Made by a program: the position numbers and the translations under genes. Under the pieces are notes generated by a model. The model was not told where the DNA came from, searched no databases, and worked only from the letters and a program-made list of their open reading frames with translations. Positions 58,293 to 64,000 of a stretch of 64,000 bases of DNA are shown here, in pieces. Numbering within the stretch: position 1 is the first letter of the stretch; every line of letters starts with the position of its first letter. The stretch is from Candidatus Nomurabacteria bacterium (GTDB lineage Bacteria; Patescibacteriota; Minisyncoccia; Phycocordibacterales; UBA9973), in the NCBI GenBank assembly GCA_003155695.1, contig PMDZ01000008.1, forward strand, positions 39,362-103,361, given 5' to 3'.

Positions 58293-59180
58293 ATGCATAT
58301 GAAAGTCATAAAATATAGAGTGCCGTTAGCCATTATAATATTATCATTAATGTTTGGTTACGTAGTTTATGCCGAAGATAATGCTGCGACCGCAAGCCAG
58401 CCTCCTGTCGCATGTTCTATGATCGCAAAAGCTTGCCCAGATGGTTCGTTTGTCAGTCGCACGGGTCCAAACTGTGAATTTGCGAAGTGCCCGGGTGTAA
58501 AAGACAATACAGCCGGGGAAAAAGTTAAGAGCAAACTCCAAGATATAAAAAACCGATTGGAATCAAGAAGTGAAGGTCGTCAGGCTCGAATGCAAGTATT
58601 AATTGATACGATGAAAGCAAAACGAGCAGAATTAAAAGCAAATTTCGAAGCTAACAAAGAACAATTCAAATTGAAACTAGACGCAGCAAAAGTTAAATTC
58701 AGAGATAGCCTTTCAAAAATTAAAGACGAAAATAAAAAGCTGTCCGCTGAAAAAATTGTTAATTTAATAAATGAAATAAATGCCAAAACGACAACTAACT
58801 TTTCAGATAAGGTAGATAGAATTGAAAATGTACTTTTGGGTATAGAATCCCGCATTGATAAAGCTGAAAGTCGAGGACTGGATGTGACCGAAGTTAATAC
58901 GGAAGTCACAAAGGCTAAAGACGCCATCGCTTCAGCTAGAGATGCCATATCAACAGAGGCTAGTAAAGTTTATGCAACAGACACTACAGTCTCAGATGAA
59001 GCAAGCCTCAAGGCTGAGATGAAAACGCTTCGTGATACTTTTAAGACAGATATCAAAACCGTCCAAGAAAAAGTTAAGGGAGCACGTGACGCGGTGAAAA
59101 CTGTTGCCGTAACCTTGGCCAAGATTCCTAAAATAGATGACGATACTACAGCGGTCGAAGACAATAATACAAATAACTAA
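58293..59180 (+). CDS. hypothetical secreted coiled-coil protein
   Basis: Signal-peptide-like LAIIILSLMFGYVVYA and the Cys motif C..C..C, followed by a long K/E/A-rich helical sequence. The start is ambiguous (GTG 58260, ATG 58293, ATG 58299). Confidence 0.4.
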   Translation: MHMKVIKYRVPLAIIILSLMFGYVVYAEDNAATASQPPVACSMIAKACPDGSFVSRTGPNCEFAKCPGVKDNTAGEKVKSKLQDIKNRLESRSEGRQARMQVLIDTMKAKRAELKANFEANKEQFKLKLDAAKVKFRDSLSKIKDENKKLSAEKIVNLINEINAKTTTNFSDKVDRIENVLLGIESRIDKAESRGLDVTEVNTEVTKAKDAIASARDAISTEASKVYATDTTVSDEASLKAEMKTLRDTFKTDIKTVQEKVKGARDAVKTVAVTLAKIPKIDDDTTAVEDNNTNN

Positions 59181-59191
59181 TATAATATTTT

Positions 59192-59458
59192 ATGGAAAAT
59201 AAAAAAAAGAATTTAACTATTGTCGTCGTCGCTCTCATAGTCCTAGTAGTAATAATTATTGTTGTTTTGAAAAGTGGCAATCGTAATATTGAAGTCAACC
59301 CTGAACAACAACCTCTAAGTCAAACAGATAACACTCTTAATCAAGCTGCTGCATCCGACACGACAACTGATATAAATAACAACTTAAACAATATAAATGT
59401 GGATGACACTAGCGATGCGGATTTAGGTGAAGTCGATCAGGAACTAAATAAATTTTAA
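59192..59458 (+). CDS. small membrane protein
   Basis: One TM helix (LTIVVVALIVLVVIIIVVL) and a polar tail. A terminator follows at ~59472-59508. Confidence 0.4.
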   Translation: MENKKKNLTIVVVALIVLVVIIIVVLKSGNRNIEVNPEQQPLSQTDNTLNQAAASDTTTDINNNLNNINVDDTSDADLGEVDQELNKF

Positions 59459-59531
59459 TTCTAGAAACAATAAAAATCCCTTCGAATAGAGGGGATTTTT
59501 ATTTTAAATTTTTTAAAGCTATAATACCCAT

Positions 59532-60692
59532 ATGGAACCATTAGCTTCAAAAATTAGACCTAAAAGCTTGACTGAATTCGTTGGCCAAGAACATCTTGTC
59601 GGTCCAAATAAACCCCTTTCTATTGCAATAGCACAAAAGCATATATTTTCTTTTATTCTCTGGGGACCGCCTGGAGTAGGCAAGACTACCTTAGCCAAAA
59701 TCTATGCCAAAGCACTGAACGCCGATTATCACGAGCTCTCTGCCGTCTCGGCCGGAAAAGACGACATCAGGCAAATTGTCGACTCATCACCGAAAGGCAG
59801 TGGCACACTTTTGGGCCCAAAAATTCTTTTTCTTGACGAGATACATCGCTTTAATAAAGCTCAACAAGATTTTTTATTGCCTTATGTAGAGACGGGTAAA
59901 CTTGTCCTTATCGGCGCCACAACCGAAAATCCGAGTTTTGAAGTTATACCCGCGCTTCTTTCTCGTTGTCGAATTTTCGTCTTGGAAGAATTATCGGATG
60001 ATGCGATGAAAAAAATTATCAAACGAACCGGCCACAAGATAAATAAAGAAGCAACCGATTGGCTTGTCGGAATGGCGAAAGGGGATGCCAGACAAGCGAT
60101 AGCTATGATAGAAAATACTCTTTCTCTTTACAAAGAAATAAATGTTGAGAATTTCAAAAATACTCTTCAATCAAAATTCCTCCGTTATGATAAGAAAGGG
60201 GAAGAGCATTACAATACCATCAGCGCTTTTATAAAAAGTATGCGGGCAAGTCAACCGGACGCCGCACTTTATTATATGTGCCGAATGTTGGAAGCCGGAG
60301 AAGACCCGAAGTTCATAGCCAGGAGAATGGTTATATTTGCTTCGGAAGATATTGGATTGGCCTTGCCAACAGCCCTTGTCGTCGCCAATGCCGTCTTTCG
60401 GGCAGTAGAAGTTATAGGCATGCCTGAATGCGCCGAAAACCTGGCTCACGGCGTCGTTTACCTGGCTCAGGCCCCAAAGGACCGTCGGGCCTATAATGCC
60501 TATCTGCTGGCCAAAGCCGATGTTATAAAGCACGGAAACTTACCGATACCACTTGTTATACGAAATGCACCAACAAAGCTGATGGAAGACTTGGGTTATG
60601 GTGAAGGATACGAAAAATACACAAAAGAAAGTTTACTGCCCGAGAAATTAAAAAATAAAAAATATTTGCGTAAAAAAATTCAGCCGAAATAG
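59532..60692 (+). CDS. rarA: replication-associated recombination protein A (RarA/MgsA AAA ATPase)
   Basis: ..[13 protein letters not shown].. Walker A, Walker [13 protein letters not shown], arginine finger region. 386 aa. A terminator follows at ~60710-60741. Confidence 0.85.
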   Translation: MEPLASKIRPKSLTEFVGQEHLVGPNKPLSIAIAQKHIFSFILWGPPGVGKTTLAKIYAKALNADYHELSAVSAGKDDIRQIVDSSPKGSGTLLGPKILFLDEIHRFNKAQQDFLLPYVETGKLVLIGATTENPSFEVIPALLSRCRIFVLEELSDDAMKKIIKRTGHKINKEATDWLVGMAKGDARQAIAMIENTLSLYKEINVENFKNTLQSKFLRYDKKGEEHYNTISAFIKSMRASQPDAALYYMCRMLEAGEDPKFIARRMVIFASEDIGLALPTALVVANAVFRAVEVIGMPECAENLAHGVVYLAQAPKDRRAYNAYLLAKADVIKHGNLPIPLVIRNAPTKLMEDLGYGEGYEKYTKESLLPEKLKNKKYLRKKIQPK

Positions 60693-60796
60693 GGAAGTGG
60701 ACAAAAGAAAAGGCCGCATGTTTTGAGTGCGGCCTGTTTTATTAAGCAGTAATGAGATTCTCTCACCTGCTTTAAAGATCAAATTTAGAAAAAACT

Positions 60797-62023
60797 TTAA
60801 CGATCATTACATTCTCCAAGTTTACGATCGTGTGAATGATCATTATTATCATTACCTCCGCACCATGAGAAAGTATTTTTGTGATCTTTTTTCTCACATC
60901 TAACATGACCACCATGTTCTACTTCCGCTCTCGGAATTTCAACTGTCGCAGTTTTTGTTTCTCCATTAATTGTTAGAGAAAAAACTATTTCGACATTACC
61001 TGAAGACGTAGTAGATGTAAGTCCGATATTCCATTCAACTATAGGAGTCTCTCCTGCAGGTCCTCGTGGGCCTGTATCACCAGTTGCTCCTGTAGCGCCG
61101 GTTAATCCATTGAGGATATCATAGCCAGAATATAAAGGTTGGTCCCCGGACGAATATCCAGGAATTCCGTCTATATCAAGATACTTATCGAAATGGTTAC
61201 CCACTACAGTCGTGCCATCCATAATCGGAGTCACTTTGGTAACCTCAGTGTAACCGCGGTCACCACGAGTCCCATTCTTTACTGGAAGAGTAAACAGAAG
61301 TGAGTCACCCATATTGACAGTTCTAGAACCGTCTAGATCCGCGAATCCTTTTAAGAGATTCATGGTTGTATCTCCCTTCATATCAGTAAATGGAGTTACC
61401 GAGTACACTGTTTGATAAGGAATATCAGCTGAAGCTGTTTTTGTTCCTTCGATCGTGGTGACCGAATAAACAATTTTGTTTCCTATTTTTTCGATATTCA
61501 CCTGGAACAAGGGAGTATCTCCCTTGTCACCTTTTTCCGGCTTAGGAATTATAAGGGTGTACTTTAAAGAATCATCTGGTGTTAACATCCCAAACCCTGG
61601 ACCTTTTGTATCCCAGAAGAAATCCAGAAATTGGCTTCCATCAGGTTGTGGTCTGCTGCCTAACACAAATTCATGGGCATCATGGCCGTTGGTTCCATTA
61701 GTGCCATTTGTAACAGGGTAAGCAGTCGTATCCGTGCCGACAATTTTCAGAATATTGTATCCTCCCGTTGGATTGTTAGCAATTGTTAATCCAGATTGGG
61801 TTTCAACTTTATACACCTTGTCACCCGCAGAGAATACTAAATTTGTATCTTTATCCTGAAACCACACCTTAGTATTCGCCTGAAGATCAACATAAAAGAG
61901 TAGAGCGTCACCTTTGTCACCTTTGGGACCCTTTTCACCAACAGTGGCAAAATCATCAATTTTCTTGCAATCTACAGCAAAAATAATGATGATGCTTAAT
62001 AAAAAATAAAATAATTTCTTCAT
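60797..62023 (-). CDS. secreted protein with short collagen-like G-X-Y runs and His/Cys-rich C-terminus
   Basis: Signal peptide. Collagen-like runs are GEKGPKGDKGD, PEKGDKGDT and GATGATGDTGPRGPAGE. Ends ..HGGHVRCEKKDHKNTFSWCGGNDNNDHSHDRKLGECNDR. Confidence 0.5.
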   Translation of the reverse strand: MKKLFYFLLSIIIIFAVDCKKIDDFATVGEKGPKGDKGDALLFYVDLQANTKVWFQDKDTNLVFSAGDKVYKVETQSGLTIANNPTGGYNILKIVGTDTTAYPVTNGTNGTNGHDAHEFVLGSRPQPDGSQFLDFFWDTKGPGFGMLTPDDSLKYTLIIPKPEKGDKGDTPLFQVNIEKIGNKIVYSVTTIEGTKTASADIPYQTVYSVTPFTDMKGDTTMNLLKGFADLDGSRTVNMGDSLLFTLPVKNGTRGDRGYTEVTKVTPIMDGTTVVGNHFDKYLDIDGIPGYSSGDQPLYSGYDILNGLTGATGATGDTGPRGPAGETPIVEWNIGLTSTTSSGNVEIVFSLTINGETKTATVEIPRAEVEHGGHVRCEKKDHKNTFSWCGGNDNNDHSHDRKLGECNDR

Positions 62024-62065
62024 AACTTTAAATTTTAATTTTTTCTGATTTTTACTTTAATTTTT

Positions 62066-63043
62066 TTACTTTTTACCCCAGTTAAGGTTTATTGTATAGG
62101 TTACCTGCTCCGATGAGTAGGCATTTCCCATATCTTTTCTTGAGCTAATTCCGAAGGCTTCACCGCCTCCATACAAACACCATGCCCCTACTTCACCCCA
62201 AGCTTTTAACTTGGCGTTCTTGAGGTCCGCTTTATTACCGGCATACCGCTGATTGTTTAGATCGTATGGCGCGACACCGTTCGTGGTGACAGCCAAGTCA
62301 GCTTTTGAATGCCTCAGTGCTGTTTCTAAAATCATTCCCGCCAATCTCATTCCAGTGCCAACTATATTCTTTACCTTTGAACTCCTAAGGAGGTCATTGT
62401 CCACTTTGTAGGTAGACACAGTAAAAAAATATGGCGCTGGATCTTTCTGAATGCAGGACTTTATAATCTCCGGATCATTTCCAATCGGAAATGATCTATA
62501 TCCCTGAAAATTTTTAAGAACATTCGAAACGTCCTTGATTTTTTCAGTGATAGTTAATTCGTACGGATCAGTCAGACAGTAACTTTCAAATTTTTCGCAT
62601 GGTTTTTGTTTCTTAAAAAATAATTCCGATAAACCATCAACATTTTTAGAAACTATTTTGGCTTTTACCAACTGTCCATCTGTCGATTCTGTAGTATCAA
62701 GAATTGCTTTACGATTGTTCAATTCATAAATTTTGTTTTTTAAATTTGTATTCACGTTCATCAGAGAATCACATCTCTTTGCCAATAAATTATTTTTATT
62801 GACTTGTAAATTCAGCTTATTTGCTAACGAGTCATATTTGTTTTTTGCTCGTATGCTGTCGTTAGTTGAAATCATTTCTTTTAATTCCCATGCATTTATT
62901 TCTGCTTCTTGCTTTTTGCCTGAGCATAATTGCATTAGAAGTAGAATCACGATTGCCACTAAAGACAATGCGTGAACGGTCCAGTGGCCGATTTTTCCTT
63001 TTTTAGAAACCTCACTGGGTTTCATTTTGTTTTCGTTTTCCAT
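62066..63043 (-). CDS. hypothetical membrane-anchored protein with coiled-coil region
   Basis: An N-terminal TM helix (WTVHALSLVAIVILLLMQLC) and a heptad-rich segment. No family recognised. Confidence 0.45.
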   Translation of the reverse strand: MENENKMKPSEVSKKGKIGHWTVHALSLVAIVILLLMQLCSGKKQEAEINAWELKEMISTNDSIRAKNKYDSLANKLNLQVNKNNLLAKRCDSLMNVNTNLKNKIYELNNRKAILDTTESTDGQLVKAKIVSKNVDGLSELFFKKQKPCEKFESYCLTDPYELTITEKIKDVSNVLKNFQGYRSFPIGNDPEIIKSCIQKDPAPYFFTVSTYKVDNDLLRSSKVKNIVGTGMRLAGMILETALRHSKADLAVTTNGVAPYDLNNQRYAGNKADLKNAKLKAWGEVGAWCLYGGGEAFGISSRKDMGNAYSSEQVTYTINLNWGKK

Positions 63044-63365
63044 ACCTATTTAATTATCAAGGTTAATACTCTAATTAAAAATATTTTAAATATAATTTTG
63101 CTTATATATAGAAATGAACAGGGGATAATCCTTTAGAGATTTCTCCTAATCCATTGAAATTTTATTAATCAAGTTTGGAATGAGTCTAGCACATTTGAAT
63201 AGTAATGTCAAGGGTTTTATTGACAATATATATAAATATGATGGTTATCCAATTAGCCCTGAAATATGATTAAAATTTAAGCTATAAATGACAAATTGAC
63301 ATTTTATGAGAAAAATATTAATATTCGGATAAAATATAATTCTAAATAAACTAAACTATACGGTT

Positions 63366-63581
63366 ATGGGAACAAAAAGACCTAAAGGCGGAACAAAATT
63401 TGGCGTTAGACCTTGTACAAAAGTCAAAATCAAAGAGAAGAAACAAAAAAGGGGTGGAAAAAGGAATGAGCGTGCTAATGGTGATTACAAGGCTAACGGT
63501 ACTGTAATAATTAACCCTAAGGAAATAATAAGGGTTAAAGACTCAAATCCTTTTAAAAAAGTCCCGAAAAAATTTAGTTGA
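63366..63581 (+). CDS. possible small basic protein
   Basis: 71 aa, Lys/Arg-rich. Followed by the perfect 22-bp palindrome GGCTGATTGCATGCAATCAGCC plus a T-run (terminator at ~63601-63634). Confidence 0.25.
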   Translation: MGTKRPKGGTKFGVRPCTKVKIKEKKQKRGGKRNERANGDYKANGTVIINPKEIIRVKDSNPFKKVPKKFS

Positions 63582-63676
63582 CTTATAATAAGGGAAAGGG
63601 GGCTGATTGCATGCAATCAGCCTATTATTTTTTGTACAGTCATAACAAAAGAAGAAACGAAATCTAACGTCACAAA

Positions 63677-63752
63677 ACGAGATTGTGCGACATTTTTTAA
63701 ATGTACGCACAATCTCGTTATCTTTTCCGACATGTTAATGTCGGAAAAGATA
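63677..63752. promoter_or_regulatory. two abutting perfect inverted repeats (13-bp arms with 16-nt palindromic loop; 15-bp arms with 4-nt loop), followed by a direct repeat of ATTGTGCGACA
   Basis: ACGAGATTGTGCG-acattttttaaatgta-CGCACAATCTCGT, immediately followed by TATCTTTTCCGACAT-gtta-ATGTCGGAAAAGATA. Confidence 0.5.
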
Positions 63753-64000
63753 TATTGTGCGACACTATACTATATTCCAAATAAAGCATTAAATACGCCC
63801 AAAGTCCTACCCTATTGACAAAGACAGGCAAAAATTATTGTTGATGATTCTTAAGACAGAGATTAAATGCGTGAACTTGATTATTATAATTATCTATTTG
63901 TTTTTTTACGTCCGTAATTAAATTATTATAAGGAATTATTAAATTGTTATATTCCGTCACTTGCTCGGAATAAGTACTCCCCTCGTATACAACCCCTTTA

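Noticed and set aside
60797-63581. Prophage or mobile-element remnant (collagen-like protein, small basic protein, many palindromes)
   Set aside because: No integrase, terminase, capsid, portal or transposase-like ORFs were recognised anywhere in the window. Collagen-like repeats alone are insufficient.

Overview
This 64 kb window is AT-rich (roughly 35-40% GC by eye). It appears to come from a small-genome bacterium and is plausibly Patescibacteria/CPR-like. The evidence is a split transketolase, a minimal sugar-phosphate gene set, DUF1653, a type IV pilus locus, and many cell-surface proteins. This lineage call is inference, not a database result.

The standard genetic code is in use. Conserved genes are uninterrupted by TGA, and TGA ends the response-regulator gene.

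Gene content, in order along the window:
- gatB 3' end.
- A glycolysis/pentose-phosphate cluster: gap, rpiB, rpe, split tkt, PfkB kinase and class II fba, with dapF on the opposite strand.
- rplY, a coiled-coil lytic transglycosylase, then rpmE-prfA.
- An RRM protein.
- tRNA-Ile(GAU).
- A complete F-type ATP synthase operon (atpZ-like, atpBEFHAGD, then atpC after a 244-bp spacer).
- An ACP-like small protein and an AlkD-like DNA glycosylase.
- A family of large secreted proteins that share one C-terminal peptidoglycan-binding module. They carry eukaryote-like extracellular domains: TSP1-like, InlB B-repeat, VWA, TSP3, HYR and DUF5011. One member carries a frameshift.
- A PAS histidine kinase with an OmpR-type response regulator.
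- A CAP-domain membrane protein, GlsB and a DUF3494 ice-binding-like protein.
- A minus-strand type IV pilus operon, in transcription order: pilB, pilC, three prepilin-like genes (one with an LVIVD beta-propeller), a 1342-aa PilX-N/VWA adhesin, and the major pilin.
- A Pif1-like helicase.
- A putative exopolysaccharide locus: a GH26-like hydrolase, a QxxRW GT2 synthase, and two paralogous CBM-bearing CE4 deacetylases.
- eno, a B/C-domain-less mini pyruvate kinase, a 2-hydroxyacid dehydrogenase, rarA, and a collagen-like repeat protein.

Non-coding signals:
- A four-copy hairpin motif whose flanks covary between copies.
- A two-copy ~110-bp palindromic element.
- A 23-bp perfect palindrome present both inside a CDS and intergenically.
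- A 117-bp in-frame tandem array.
- Nested perfect palindromes near the window end.

No rRNA, CRISPR array, transposase or integrase was recognised. Coordinates I derived by hand may be off by 1-2 nt.
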